Origin: a virus
Direction: 5' to 3' (one strand)
IMG/VR virus record: IMGVR_UViG_3300044712_000792
Location: 20,697-84,696 of that record
DNA length: 64,000 nucleotides
The position numbers and the translations under genes are program-made. Below are positions 1 to 9,770 of this stretch, piece by piece. Below the pieces are notes generated by a model, which was not told where the DNA came from, made no database searches, and saw only the letters and a program-made list of their open reading frames with translations. The stretch's first letter is position 1, and every line of letters starts with the position of its first letter.

Positions 1-981
1 CAGGGGGAATACCTAGTCTTGCACGGAATTAAGCTACAATTCGTTTTTATAGAGAAGGGTTTGGCTAAAGAGTCATTTGAACACCCTGATTACATAGAAC
101 TTGATGGATTAACTATCAAAGTAGAAGCACCGGAATATCTTATTGCTAAATACACAGATATTCAAAGGGGTAAGGATTTAATCAAAATCCATAACCTATT
201 AAGGGATTCAAGTGTTGATTTCAAAAAGCTTAAGGATATTTTAGTTAGATACAATCTTCTAGCTAAATACAATATTCTTGTTAAGAAGTTTGGACTTGAT
301 ACCTTAAAGGAACAAAAGTTTGTATCAGAACATAGTGATAAGGAACTGTTTGAAAGGAAAGAGAGATACCATAAAGAAATGGCACATCTTCCTATTAAAG
401 AAAAAATAGAACAGATAAATGGTATTCTCGCTTTAAGCGAACAGATTAAACAAATAAAGGAGAGAAATATGGTTAAGGAAGGTAAAGAAAAGTCAAAAAA
501 GCAGGTTGGTTATTTGCTTTCAAAGAATAGCCCTCTTACAAAAAAGCAAAAGGACAAATTAAAAGACGAATTGCATAGTGGAGAAGTTACTATAAAAGAG
601 GCATATGAGAATAGTCCTAAAGCCTCTAGTAATGTGGATTTCATTATAAAGTCTATTGATAATTTAACCCTAGATATAAACGAACCTTACAATGTAGATG
701 AGAAAATCACAGCTTCTAGGCTAATTGTTGATGTTGTTGAAGATGCACTTGATAGCGTGTGTCCAGACTTTTTTAGGTTATATGACATTAAGACAGCGAA
801 GTTTGGGAAAAAGCAGATGGGTGGGTCTATTGTATATTTAATCCCCTTTACTGTTATTGACAAAGACACCACTAATACAATCTTTTGGGGTGAAATAAAA
901 GGTGAAGTTATGCCCTTTAACGGAACTGAAAACGGTGCTGTTAAAAAGGTAACTATATTCAATCTCCAAAAAGAGGGATAA
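1..981 (+). CDS. 5'-truncated multidomain protein; N-terminal part resembles the C-terminal half of a nucleotidyltransferase (MNT/AbiEii-like)
   Basis: Frame is open from base 1 (QGEYLVLHG...); motif IKVEAPEYLIAK...RGKD..I..LL. Confidence 0.45.
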   Translation, partial: QGEYLVLHGIKLQFVFIEKGLAKESFEHPDYIELDGLTIKVEAPEYLIAKYTDIQRGKDLIKIHNLLRDSSVDFKKLKDILVRYNLLAKYNILVKKFGLDTLKEQKFVSEHSDKELFERKERYHKEMAHLPIKEKIEQINGILALSEQIKQIKERNMVKEGKEKSKKQVGYLLSKNSPLTKKQKDKLKDELHSGEVTIKEAYENSPKASSNVDFIIKSIDNLTLDINEPYNVDEKITASRLIVDVVEDALDSVCPDFFRLYDIKTAKFGKKQMGGSIVYLIPFTVIDKDTTNTIFWGEIKGEVMPFNGTENGAVKKVTIFNLQKEG

Positions 982-1305
982 ATGATTGTTGTAAAGCAGT
1001 TAGATGATAAAACTTATGAAATCATTGAGGAAATGAAGATTACTTCTTTATGGTTTTCTGAACTTGACACAGAGATTTTAAAATCTAATATAAAGTTGGC
1101 TACCATAGAAGTGTCGGAAGATGATGAAGCTAAAAGAGTTGCGTTTAATGAAGGTTTAAAAGACCACCTAGAAAAGAGAAAGAAAATTGATTTCTATGAT
1201 AGGCTTTGCGTTTCAATAGAAGACATTGTATTACTTAAATTTGTTGCTAATATAACCACAGATGAGATACTAGAAAAATTTAGAAACAAGCTGAAAAGCT
1301 GGTAG
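982..1305 (+). CDS. hypothetical protein
   Basis: ORF abuts previous stop (TAAATG). Confidence 0.7.
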   Translation: MIVVKQLDDKTYEIIEEMKITSLWFSELDTEILKSNIKLATIEVSEDDEAKRVAFNEGLKDHLEKRKKIDFYDRLCVSIEDIVLLKFVANITTDEILEKFRNKLKSW

Positions 1306-1306
1306 G

Positions 1307-1642
1307 ATGAAAATGTACTATATATCTTTTTTTGAAATCAAAAAAGGTGAAAAACCAACAGAAAAAAATACTAGAAAAATTACATATTCTATTTCTAGCC
1401 TTTTTATGGATTGTGTTATAGAGGTAATAATTGGTGGAATACAAAAATTTGAAGAACTTAAATTTTATAATGTTAGTAGAGAACAATTGATTTTTTTGTT
1501 AGATTTTTGCGAAAAATATATTATTCGCCATTTAAGTACACATCTTATGCATGCTATTGGAGATTTATATGAACTTATAAATAACTATCAATTTGAGGTT
1601 AATGATTTATATGTACAAATAGGGGAGGTAGGTGAAAGATGA
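1307..1642 (+). CDS. hypothetical protein
   Basis: ORF in tightly packed operon. Confidence 0.7.
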   Translation: MKMYYISFFEIKKGEKPTEKNTRKITYSISSLFMDCVIEVIIGGIQKFEELKFYNVSREQLIFLLDFCEKYIIRHLSTHLMHAIGDLYELINNYQFEVNDLYVQIGEVGER

Positions 1643-1902
1643 TTAGTGAAAAGGCTATTTTGTCCATTAAAAAAGATGTTGCTAGATTAAAAAGTAAAGT
1701 TGAAGAACTAGGTTTAAATATTGAACTGCTTGAACATCATTGTGAAGATTATGAGAAGTTTTTGGACAAAGAAGGAAGTTGCACAGATGAATTTCTTTCT
1801 GATTATGCTGGTGATATTCAAGAATTTATTGATGACATAGAAAAGAATGTTGAAGATGTAGATACAGAGGCTATGGATTTCCTTGAGGGTCTTATTAAAT
1901 AA
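1639..1902 (+). CDS. acidic coiled-coil hypothetical protein
   Basis: ATGA overlap, GGAGG upstream, D/E-rich. Confidence 0.7.
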   Translation: MISEKAILSIKKDVARLKSKVEELGLNIELLEHHCEDYEKFLDKEGSCTDEFLSDYAGDIQEFIDDIEKNVEDVDTEAMDFLEGLIK

Positions 1903-1904
1903 CA

Positions 1905-1934
1905 TTATTGTGTGTTTGTTTTAATAATTGGAGG
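1905..1934 (+). promoter_or_regulatory. class A phage motif TTATTGTGTRTTTGTTTTAATAA plus GGAGG RBS
   Basis: Near-identical copies at 4444, 8175, 12313 and 15634, all intergenic and directly upstream of an RBS. Confidence 0.75.
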
Positions 1935-1940
1935 TAGCAA

Positions 1941-2132
1941 ATGAATTGGTTGATTGGGTGTACGAAAAAAGGCTGTAAGTGCCACGACACCAAAGAAGAT
2001 ACATTTACTTGTTCTAGTTGCGGAAAGTCTTATACATTTGAGGAATACGCAGGAGTATTTGAAGGTAAATGTTATTGTGTGTGGTGCTGTACTATAGCAA
2101 AGAAGGTGGTTTCGGAAGAGAAAAATGGATAA
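1941..2132 (+). CDS. small Cys-rich (Zn-binding) protein
   Basis: CxxC motifs, GGAGG RBS. Confidence 0.65.
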   Translation: MNWLIGCTKKGCKCHDTKEDTFTCSSCGKSYTFEEYAGVFEGKCYCVWCCTIAKKVVSEEKNG

Positions 2133-2964
2133 CAAAAAACTTTCAACCACCTGTTCCTTATGTAAGCAGAACTTCCCACCAGAAGATATGCAAGATATGG
2201 CTTTACTGCCAGCCAATTTAATTCATCATTATGAGGAATGGTTCGGTAAGCCATTAGAAGTTCAAGTAGATAGTGAACAAAGTAAAGCTATTGTTTGTTA
2301 TAATTGTTTTGTTAGGTACTCTGGAACGCAACACACAACACAATTAGACATACTTTCAAATAGTTGGGATAAGTATGCCATTAAAGACGATTTACTATCT
2401 TTGGCTTTAATACACGGAAGAAAATTAAGCTATTTAATGCGATTTGCTGGGGCTATAAGGTTGCACGAAGAATCGGTTGCGGAACATTCATATTGGGTTA
2501 CTTTGATAAGTTATGCGATAAGTCAGAAGTATTTCAAGGATATACCCATAAATACGCAAAATCTGTTCATTACAGCAATGTTTCACGACTGGTCAGAGAT
2601 TATCACTTCCGATGTGATTACTCCTCTTAAAGTCCAAATAAAGAAGCTATACGACCAAATAGAGGATAACATCGTAGCTAGTCTAGAAAAGAAAATTGGC
2701 ATAGACAACCTATCCTCTTTGATGTCAGATTTTAATAATCTAACCTCTGTTGAAGGTGCAATAGTAGCAATAGCCGATAAAATTTCTTGTTATCTATATA
2801 TTCGTGAAGAGGCGTTGCTTGGAAATCAAAATTTTAGGAAAGGTGTGTTGGCAAAAGTAGAAAATGATTTGTTTGATATGGTTGGGAAAATCAAACTTCC
2901 TTCAGACCAAGTAGCTATATTTGAACAAGCAATAGAAGAAATAATAAAAACAATCGAGGATTAA
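2125..2964 (+). CDS. HD-domain phosphohydrolase (YfbR-like 5'-deoxynucleotidase) with N-terminal Zn-finger extension
   Basis: RF...ESVAEHS, FHD..E..T.D..TP.K, IADK; N-terminal CSLC/CYNC. Confidence 0.85.
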   Translation: MDNKKLSTTCSLCKQNFPPEDMQDMALLPANLIHHYEEWFGKPLEVQVDSEQSKAIVCYNCFVRYSGTQHTTQLDILSNSWDKYAIKDDLLSLALIHGRKLSYLMRFAGAIRLHEESVAEHSYWVTLISYAISQKYFKDIPINTQNLFITAMFHDWSEIITSDVITPLKVQIKKLYDQIEDNIVASLEKKIGIDNLSSLMSDFNNLTSVEGAIVAIADKISCYLYIREEALLGNQNFRKGVLAKVENDLFDMVGKIKLPSDQVAIFEQAIEEIIKTIED

Positions 2965-3906
2965 ATGACTTCTCTAGAGCTTAAAGATAAGATTATAAAC
3001 GAGTTATCACCATATAAGTATAGTCAAACAGAATCACATATGATACTTTGGTGTCCTTTTTGTGATGATAGAAGCCATTCTCATGCCCACTTATATTTTG
3101 CAAAAGACACATTAAAATGGCATTGTTTTATGTGTGGGACATCTGGAAATAGACCCTTTGAATTACTTGAAAAGTATGGAATTCATATTAACTATTATGA
3201 CTATCTTGACCTATTCCTTAAAGATGTTGATGTTGTTAGGGAAAGCGTTGAACTAGAGGAAGACAACGAAGAACTGAAAGAGTTTGCGGAACAATATAAA
3301 AATATACAGCCCAATACCGATGCTTATAACTATCTAAAGACAAGGCTTATAAGCGATTATGACATAGAATTCTCTTGGAAACTATGGGACAAATATCCAG
3401 AATACATTTTTTGGGTTTATTTTGATGCTAATTATAAAATAAAATACTATATTGGGCGGAATTATGTTAATCCCAAGCCAAAGAAGAAATATCTCAATGC
3501 TAAAAATTTGTCTGTTCCTTTTGTGGTATTTCATAAACAAGACCCGTTGTTTATTGCTAAAAAAGAGAAGTATGGAATCTTTCTAGTAGAAGGTATATTT
3601 GATGCTTACAATACACCCTTTACAGCCGTCCCATTGTTCTCAAAGAATATTAATAGTTCTTTGATTACAGATATTTCTAATTACTGCTTTACAAATAATG
3701 CTTTTCCAATTATAGCTGTTGATTCTGATGCTGAAAAGGAAAGATATACTATTGCGAAAAAACTGTTTGACAATGGTGTAAATACTATTGGTTTATTTAC
3801 TTTCGGTAAAGATGAAAAAGACTTTGGGGAAGGTAAGCACAAATTTTTAGGTTATAAAGAGTTCATACCAAAGATTAAATATTACAATCCTTATGTGAAA
3901 CTGTAA
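2965..3906 (+). CDS. DNA primase (Zn finger plus TOPRIM)
   Basis: CPFC..H..W HCFMC, YIGR, VEGIFDA, DSD. Confidence 0.8.
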   Translation: MTSLELKDKIINELSPYKYSQTESHMILWCPFCDDRSHSHAHLYFAKDTLKWHCFMCGTSGNRPFELLEKYGIHINYYDYLDLFLKDVDVVRESVELEEDNEELKEFAEQYKNIQPNTDAYNYLKTRLISDYDIEFSWKLWDKYPEYIFWVYFDANYKIKYYIGRNYVNPKPKKKYLNAKNLSVPFVVFHKQDPLFIAKKEKYGIFLVEGIFDAYNTPFTAVPLFSKNINSSLITDISNYCFTNNAFPIIAVDSDAEKERYTIAKKLFDNGVNTIGLFTFGKDEKDFGEGKHKFLGYKEFIPKIKYYNPYVKL

Positions 3907-3926
3907 CGCCTCCCATTACCATTAGA

Positions 3927-3938
3927 AAAAGAATATAA
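3927..3938 (+). promoter_or_regulatory. class B motif AAAAGAATATAA
   Basis: Intergenic match to the motif seen at 20675, 53438, 53470 and 59093. Confidence 0.5.
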
Positions 3939-3955
3939 TATAAAAGGAGGCACAA

Positions 3956-4171
3956 ATGCCTATGAAAATAAATGTAGTTGGCAAATGCCCTAATTGTGAT
4001 GCAAATAACTTTATGGTTATTGGAACAACCACCTATACGGGTTATGTAGACGAAAACGGAGAACTTCACTTAACAACCGATAGTACACCAGCAATAGAGA
4101 ATGATGTTGATTGTATTGGTTGTGGTGAAAGTTTCCCAATAACCTCATTCTTAAAAGTTAGTATAGAGTAA
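3956..4171 (+). CDS. zinc-ribbon protein
   Basis: CPNC...CIGC, AGGAGG RBS. Confidence 0.7.
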   Translation: MPMKINVVGKCPNCDANNFMVIGTTTYTGYVDENGELHLTTDSTPAIENDVDCIGCGESFPITSFLKVSIE

Positions 4172-4180
4172 GGAGTAAAA

Positions 4181-4438
4181 ATGTCATCAAATAAAATGGC
4201 AGATTACTTATACGAAAAAATATTCCACACATATAAAAGAGTTGGAAGAATACAAGCTAGAGAAATGTTGCTGAAATTAACAATTCCTGATTTGAGAGAT
4301 ATATGTTATAGCACAGGTATGCCAAGTGAAGGGTCTAAAACTAAATTGGTTGATACTGTTATGCATAAGATGGAGATTCAACACAATCTATCTAGTGCTG
4401 ATAGTGTAAAGTTCTTTGACGACGAATTCTCCCCTTAA
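4181..4438 (+). CDS. small protein with SAP-like DNA-binding motif
   Basis: LKLTIPDLRDICYSTGMPSEGSKTKLVDTV fits the SAP pattern L.V.EL+..L...GL...G.K..L+. Confidence 0.55.
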   Translation: MSSNKMADYLYEKIFHTYKRVGRIQAREMLLKLTIPDLRDICYSTGMPSEGSKTKLVDTVMHKMEIQHNLSSADSVKFFDDEFSP

Positions 4439-4443
4439 AAAAA

Positions 4444-4473
4444 TTATTGTGTATTTGTTTTAATAATTGGAGG
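4444..4473 (+). promoter_or_regulatory. class A motif plus RBS
   Basis: TTATTGTGTATTTGTTTTAATAATTGGAGG. Confidence 0.75.
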
Positions 4474-4478
4474 CTACT

Positions 4479-5450
4479 ATGAGAATGGTTAGACCGATGG
4501 GAGCAGTTACCCCCACTAAAGAAAAACTTGAAAAGGCTTATGCTAGTTCGGATTGGCATGCCGAACCTAAAATGGACGGGTCTAGATATATTGCCCAAAT
4601 CATTGATGGTAAAGTATTTCTGACATCAAGAAGAGAATCAGTTAAAGGCGGAATGGTTGATAAAACTCTCAATGTTCCTCATATAATTGAAGAACTTTCT
4701 AAACTTCCTAATTGTATTCTTGATGGTGAAATAGACAATAGGGATATTAGAGATTTCCATAGAGTTCAAGGCATTATGGGTTCTCTGCCTGACAAAGCTT
4801 GGGAAAAACAAGGGTTTAATATTAAGGAAGAAACTAAACCAGAAATTCTAGCAGGTATCATATATCCAAAGGGGGAAGGCCCTCTTGTTTACAAAGTGTT
4901 TGACATCCTTGAGATTAATGGTATGGATTTAAGACCTACCCATTTAGCCCATAGGATGATACATCTTAAGATAATCAAGGATATGAAATATGTTCTTCGT
5001 GTTCCTATGATTACAGGTGAAGAAAACAAAAGAAAAGCCTTTGAAGAAGCCATCAATAATGGTATGGAAGGAATCATATTGAAGAATAGATGTGCTCCTT
5101 ATGTAGAAGATAAAAAGCCAGCCAATGTTTGGTATAAAGTCAAGCTGTGCAACACTTACGATGGTGTGGTAGTTGGTTATAAAATGGGTGAAGGTAAGTA
5201 CAAAGACACTCTTGGAACACTTACTATTTCTCAATATAAAGATGGAAAGCTGACTGAAGTTGCTGAAATAAGCGGAATGACAGATGCCCAAAGGAATGAA
5301 TTCAAAAACCGAATAGATGGTGGTGATTTGAATTGGGTTGTTGAATTTAAAGCACAAGAAACTGATGCTAATGGTAGGTATAGACATCCAAGGTTTGCTA
5401 GGATTAGGCTTGACAAAGCACCTACTCAATGTAAATATGGAGAAGCATAA
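4479..5450 (+). CDS. ATP-dependent DNA ligase
   Basis: Motif I EPKMDGSR, LDGE, VFDIL, EGIILK, WYKVK, OB-domain RHPRF.RIR.DK; start moved to the ATG after GGAGG. Confidence 0.92.
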   Translation: MRMVRPMGAVTPTKEKLEKAYASSDWHAEPKMDGSRYIAQIIDGKVFLTSRRESVKGGMVDKTLNVPHIIEELSKLPNCILDGEIDNRDIRDFHRVQGIMGSLPDKAWEKQGFNIKEETKPEILAGIIYPKGEGPLVYKVFDILEINGMDLRPTHLAHRMIHLKIIKDMKYVLRVPMITGEENKRKAFEEAINNGMEGIILKNRCAPYVEDKKPANVWYKVKLCNTYDGVVVGYKMGEGKYKDTLGTLTISQYKDGKLTEVAEISGMTDAQRNEFKNRIDGGDLNWVVEFKAQETDANGRYRHPRFARIRLDKAPTQCKYGEA

Positions 5451-5558
5451 TGACTAGGTTTATAGTGGAACTGTGTATATGGGCAATTAGCGTTGTTCTT
5501 GCAATGATTTATGGATACTGTTGTGGCTATGATGGTGGGTATCTTAAAGGTTTGAAAG

Positions 5559-5753
5559 ATGGCGGAAAAACAAATGCTTGACCTTAAGGACGAGTGTGAA
5601 AAATACAAAGAGAAAGTTCAAGATGCTGTTGGCAACTTGCTTTCTAATTTAAGTGACCTTGAAAGAGTTGAAGCAAAAGATGGTGACAGATTTTGTTTTA
5701 GAATAAAAGATGTTGCCGAAGCTATAAAGAGATTCAAGAAAGACCTGGAATAG
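5559..5753 (+). CDS. hypothetical protein
   Basis: ORF in operon. Confidence 0.6.
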   Translation: MAEKQMLDLKDECEKYKEKVQDAVGNLLSNLSDLERVEAKDGDRFCFRIKDVAEAIKRFKKDLE

Positions 5754-5763
5754 GAGGAATAAA

Positions 5764-6042
5764 ATGTTAGATTTTATTTGTTCTTTGTTCGGTGAAAAGG
5801 TTAAGGATAAGCCAGCCAATTATGATGAATTACATTGGACAGATAAGGAACTACACAAGAGGCCTATTTATTTAGAAGTTCCTAGAAAGACACCTACACA
5901 TAGCGTTTTTTGTTTTTGTTCTGATTGCGAAAAAATGCAACCTATGGCTACCAACTGCACTTGTTTCGTGTGTGGTTCAAAGTCAATAGCGGTTAGATGC
6001 AACAATAATGCACCAATAAGGACAGATTTGGATGAGGTATAA
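5764..6042 (+). CDS. Cys-rich hypothetical protein
   Basis: AGGAGG RBS, CxxC pairs. Confidence 0.65.
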   Translation: MLDFICSLFGEKVKDKPANYDELHWTDKELHKRPIYLEVPRKTPTHSVFCFCSDCEKMQPMATNCTCFVCGSKSIAVRCNNNAPIRTDLDEV

Positions 6043-6174
6043 TTTAGGATATTTCCACTATTCCCCAAGGCTTGTTGTTATAAAAAGGTCTTGGTTTAAG
6101 GAATGTTTAATACATTGGCTATGGTGGACTTGGCGATATGAAATATGTGATGGTAGGATATAGGGAGGTTGAAA

Positions 6175-6432
6175 ATGCCTAAATGCGTTCGTTGTGGATA
6201 TGAAAATTGTAAATGTGATGTTGATGATGGGTGTCTATGTTGTCCAAAGCATTGCTTCTCTAAAAAACAGATAGATTATTTTGACTCTGTTCCTAAAGCA
6301 ACAGTAATGGAAATTTTTGACCTTGCTGAAGCTATTGAGAAAACCAAATATTTAAGCAGACAACATAAAGAACTTGTAACTAGATACTACACACTAAAGG
6401 ACGAAATTTGTGGTGTAAAAGCGGAGGAATAA
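6175..6432 (+). CDS. Cys-rich hypothetical protein
   Basis: GGGAGG RBS, multiple Cys. Confidence 0.6.
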   Translation: MPKCVRCGYENCKCDVDDGCLCCPKHCFSKKQIDYFDSVPKATVMEIFDLAEAIEKTKYLSRQHKELVTRYYTLKDEICGVKAEE

Positions 6433-6684
6433 ATGCCTGACATTTCTATGTGTTTGGGTGGTGAGTGTCCTTTCAAAGAAAAGTGCTATAGATATACTGC
6501 CACACCTGATAAATTTGCCCAAACTTATTCCGATTTTCCTAAACAGCTGCAAAAGAATAAGAATGGTAAATACAAGCATTGTGAGCACTTTATGGCAATA
6601 CCAGAACCTATGACCAAGGAAGAATATTTGGAAGCCCTATGTGGCTTATATCAGCATTGGGATGTGAAAAAATGGAGCGATTAG
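6433..6684 (+). CDS. small Cys-containing phage protein (M.DI.MC....CP....CYRY type)
   Basis: Motif common in small phage proteins; GGAGG RBS. Confidence 0.65.
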   Translation: MPDISMCLGGECPFKEKCYRYTATPDKFAQTYSDFPKQLQKNKNGKYKHCEHFMAIPEPMTKEEYLEALCGLYQHWDVKKWSD

Positions 6685-6902
6685 GTAAGATACTGCTTAA
6701 ATTGTCTTTGATTTTAATGTCAATATTTATGTTGCTTGGTGGTATTATAATAATTGATGTTATACTCTTTGGCGAGAATCAGCACACATTATTTATTGCT
6801 ATTTTAATTTGGATAATCTATGCTTTTTGTTTTCTTGATGTAATTGAATATCCCAAAGGTGTTCCAGCTAAAATTTTTAAGTGGCTAATTAGTTGGAAAT
6901 AG
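6672..6902 (+). CDS. small membrane protein (2 TM)
   Basis: Two hydrophobic stretches. Confidence 0.6.
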   Translation: MERLGKILLKLSLILMSIFMLLGGIIIIDVILFGENQHTLFIAILIWIIYAFCFLDVIEYPKGVPAKIFKWLISWK

Positions 6903-7037
6903 GAGATTAAGATGATTAATATTGAAGCTAGAAAAGGAAGATTTCATTTTTTGCTTGGTATTTCATTGGGGTTTTGGTTAGGCTTTTGTTCAGCCTTTCT
7001 TTTAATGACACTTTCTTTTATGAAATAGGAGATTGAA

Positions 7038-7385
7038 ATGGAATATGCTAAAATAAATGTAAACAGACAGCGGTGTTTTCCTTTTTGCCATAAATATTTT
7101 GATATATGGGAATTTCAAGAACGAGTAACATCAAATACTTATTATATTGAAAATGTTGGTTGGAGAGATGTGTGTGTTAAATGTGGCAAAATGAGGTTTT
7201 GGATATATGGTGATTGTGGTGAGGTAACAGGCAAAGAAAAGGAAGTAATTATGTCTAAATTGATTGACAAAGGAACATATTTCATTCTTGATGAACCTGT
7301 GCATCATTTAATTGATGTAACTTATAAAGGCGAAATAACACCAGCGTATTTTGAACGATTAAGACAAGAAGAGATTAATAAATAG
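7038..7385 (+). CDS. hypothetical protein
   Basis: AGGAG RBS, C.H...C.KC. Confidence 0.65.
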   Translation: MEYAKINVNRQRCFPFCHKYFDIWEFQERVTSNTYYIENVGWRDVCVKCGKMRFWIYGDCGEVTGKEKEVIMSKLIDKGTYFILDEPVHHLIDVTYKGEITPAYFERLRQEEINK

Positions 7386-7394
7386 GAGGATATT

Positions 7395-8174
7395 GTGGAA
7401 CTTCTTAAAACTATTTTGACGGACAAAAACAATAAATTTGATATGTATGAACACTCTATTGTTCTAGCATACCGAGGAAGTATCTCACACGGAACATATA
7501 TCCCAAAAGACGACCCTAATCATATTGATGATAAGGATATTATGGGTATTGTTATCCCACCACTAGATTACTACTTTGGCTTAAAGACCTTTGAACAGTT
7601 TGAAAGGATTGAACAGTATTGGGACATTGTTCTATATGATTTCATTAAAGCTGTAAAGCTATTTGTGAAATCAAACCCAAATATTATGCAATTACTGTGG
7701 ACACCAGAGAAGCACATCTTAAAAACTACTGAAATCTTTAACACTTTATGTGCTAATAGACAGCTTTTTGTCAATAAAGAAATCTATAAGTCGTATTGTG
7801 GGTATGCTTATTCTCAATTAAAAAAGATGACACACGGAGCATATCAGGGCTATATGGGAGAAAAGCGTAAAAAGCTTGTTCAGGAATTTGGCTTTGATGC
7901 TAAAAACGCACAGCACCTTATTAGGCTTTTAAGGCAGGGGGTTGAGTTCCTTAATACAGGTGAGTTGATTGTGGAAAGACCTGATAGGGAAGAACTTATT
8001 GACATTAAGACTGGTAAATGGTCTTTAGAGAAAGTAGAACGAGAAGCAACCATTCTGTTTTCAACTATGGAAGAAGCATACAATAACTCAAAACTTCCAA
8101 ATGAACCTAATGTAGAAGCTATTAATAAACTTGTAAGTGAATTACTTTTTAACTACTATAGAAGAAATAAATAA
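7395..8174 (+). CDS. Pol-beta superfamily nucleotidyltransferase (YcgL/RlaP-like)
   Basis: RGS.SHGT....D.D.MG, NPN..Q.LW, GYAYSQ, K.AQHLIRLL. Confidence 0.85.
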   Translation: MELLKTILTDKNNKFDMYEHSIVLAYRGSISHGTYIPKDDPNHIDDKDIMGIVIPPLDYYFGLKTFEQFERIEQYWDIVLYDFIKAVKLFVKSNPNIMQLLWTPEKHILKTTEIFNTLCANRQLFVNKEIYKSYCGYAYSQLKKMTHGAYQGYMGEKRKKLVQEFGFDAKNAQHLIRLLRQGVEFLNTGELIVERPDREELIDIKTGKWSLEKVEREATILFSTMEEAYNNSKLPNEPNVEAINKLVSELLFNYYRRNK

Positions 8175-8205
8175 TTATGTGTTTGTTTTAATAAGTAGAA
8201 GGAGG
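8175..8205 (+). promoter_or_regulatory. class A motif plus RBS
   Basis: TTATGTGTTTGTTTTAATAAGTAGAAGGAGG. Confidence 0.7.
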
Positions 8206-8210
8206 ATTAG

Positions 8211-8432
8211 ATGAAATTCCAAAAGCTGATACTGATAACGGAAGCAAACTTATATCTTAATATAGATAAGATAGTAAGCGTAGAACAACATCAACAGAAA
8301 CCAGATGTTATACATATTATGGTTGAAGGTAGCACAAATCCTTACATAATCTCACTAGCAGAGTTTGAAAAGAAACTGCTTCCCCACATACAAAATTCAC
8401 TTGTTTCAGCTACACAACTCTTTAATGATTAA
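8211..8432 (+). CDS. hypothetical protein
   Basis: Strong RBS; YLN.DKIVSV. Confidence 0.7.
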   Translation: MKFQKLILITEANLYLNIDKIVSVEQHQQKPDVIHIMVEGSTNPYIISLAEFEKKLLPHIQNSLVSATQLFND

Positions 8433-8442
8433 GGAGGATGCC

Positions 8443-8823
8443 ATGTTAGGGAATTTTCGGTTATGGGTTCCGTCAAAAAAGACGATGTTATACGCCAAAC
8501 GAAACGACGAAGATACGCTAATCCTCAAACTAGAACTTGATGGTAGTGATTCTTGGAGGGTTTTTGTTGAAGACATCCGCTGGCAGAAGTTTGAATCATT
8601 TACCGAAAGAACAGCAACCATACTCTTTGATAGCGGAGTAAAGGACAAAACGGGAAGACACATCTATGATGGTGATGTTGTTCTAGTTGATGGCCTTGTC
8701 GCAACTGTGTTTTACAGCGAAAGGTTTGGCGGATTTGAAGTCCAAGCAACTGGCAATAGCATAGGCTTTTACAGGGACATTGAAGTTCTAGGAAACATTT
8801 ACGAGAACCCAACTCTGGTATAA
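8443..8823 (+). CDS. YopX family protein
   Basis: FR.W...K.M, SGVKDKTGRHIYDGDVV, EVLGNIYENP. Confidence 0.88.
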   Translation: MLGNFRLWVPSKKTMLYAKRNDEDTLILKLELDGSDSWRVFVEDIRWQKFESFTERTATILFDSGVKDKTGRHIYDGDVVLVDGLVATVFYSERFGGFEVQATGNSIGFYRDIEVLGNIYENPTLV

Positions 8824-8825
8824 CA

Positions 8826-9308
8826 ATGTGTTGTCCTACAAACGCTTATAGTATTGCTATGTTAAAGAAAAAGTCAGCTAAAGGCTTTGACATAAATAAG
8901 GTTGAAGTCAGACAGCCAAGAACGAGAATGGAAATTATTAATGAATTGACAACTTTATTGGACAACAAACTCTATGTATATGGTTGGCAGGCTGTTGATT
9001 TATTTTCGTATTCATTACAAAAACCAAAAGATATGATTAGAAAAAGAAGTTGTAAACCAAGTGACTATCAAATATTTAGGCTATTTGTTGCTTACTATAA
9101 GGACAAACCTATTGGTTGGTTGGTTGAAACTAAATGGGTGCAATCTCTTTGGAGAGATAAAGAAGTATGGCAATACACAAAACCATATTTTAGAAATAAA
9201 GGTGTGGCTAAATTGTTGTCTCAAATGGCAGGGTATGATAAAAGAATGTATGAAAGCAAGGAGGAATTTGAAAATGACGAAATACAGATTAAAGCAGATA
9301 AATGCTGA
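8826..9308 (+). CDS. GNAT-like acetyltransferase domain protein
   Basis: VAYYKDKPIGW and YTKPYFRNKGVAKLL (acetyl-CoA motif A, R..G.A). Confidence 0.6.
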   Translation: MCCPTNAYSIAMLKKKSAKGFDINKVEVRQPRTRMEIINELTTLLDNKLYVYGWQAVDLFSYSLQKPKDMIRKRSCKPSDYQIFRLFVAYYKDKPIGWLVETKWVQSLWRDKEVWQYTKPYFRNKGVAKLLSQMAGYDKRMYESKEEFENDEIQIKADKC

Positions 9309-9528
9309 TTGTTATGTTATTGAAAAGGAATTTATAGATAGTGACGGTAGGGCTTATTGGCAAGAATGTAATGACCGTGGTTATCATGTTACAGGCGCTA
9401 CTCTACAAGAAACAAACGATGAGGTAGTTTTGTATTGGGGGGATGAGGGTAGAGAAGATGCCATTGCTATGATTGAATTTTGGCTTAAGTACCCCGATGG
9501 TTTTGTTGTTTATGAAGCAGGAGTATAA
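9274..9528 (+). CDS. hypothetical protein, paralog of next gene
   Basis: MTKYRLKQIN...YVIE; GGAGG RBS. Confidence 0.65.
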   Translation: MTKYRLKQINADCYVIEKEFIDSDGRAYWQECNDRGYHVTGATLQETNDEVVLYWGDEGREDAIAMIEFWLKYPDGFVVYEAGV

Positions 9529-9529
9529 A

Positions 9530-9769
9530 ATGGGAAAGTATAGAGTTAGACAGGTTAATCCATCAGAATATGTAGTCGAGGGTTTTATTTATTCGCATAC
9601 TGACGAAGGTGTTGAAATATGGAATTGGTTGCCTATTGATAAATGGGGGTCTGTATGTAACTGTGTTTTGGCAACTTGTATTTTCACAGATTTAAGAAAA
9701 GCAAAACAAATGGCTGAATTTAAAGCTACAGATGAACAAGACAATATAATATTTGAAATTGGAGAGTAA
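9530..9769 (+). CDS. hypothetical protein, paralog of previous gene
   Basis: MGKYRVRQVN...YVVE. Confidence 0.65.
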   Translation: MGKYRVRQVNPSEYVVEGFIYSHTDEGVEIWNWLPIDKWGSVCNCVLATCIFTDLRKAKQMAEFKATDEQDNIIFEIGE

Positions 9770-9770
9770 A

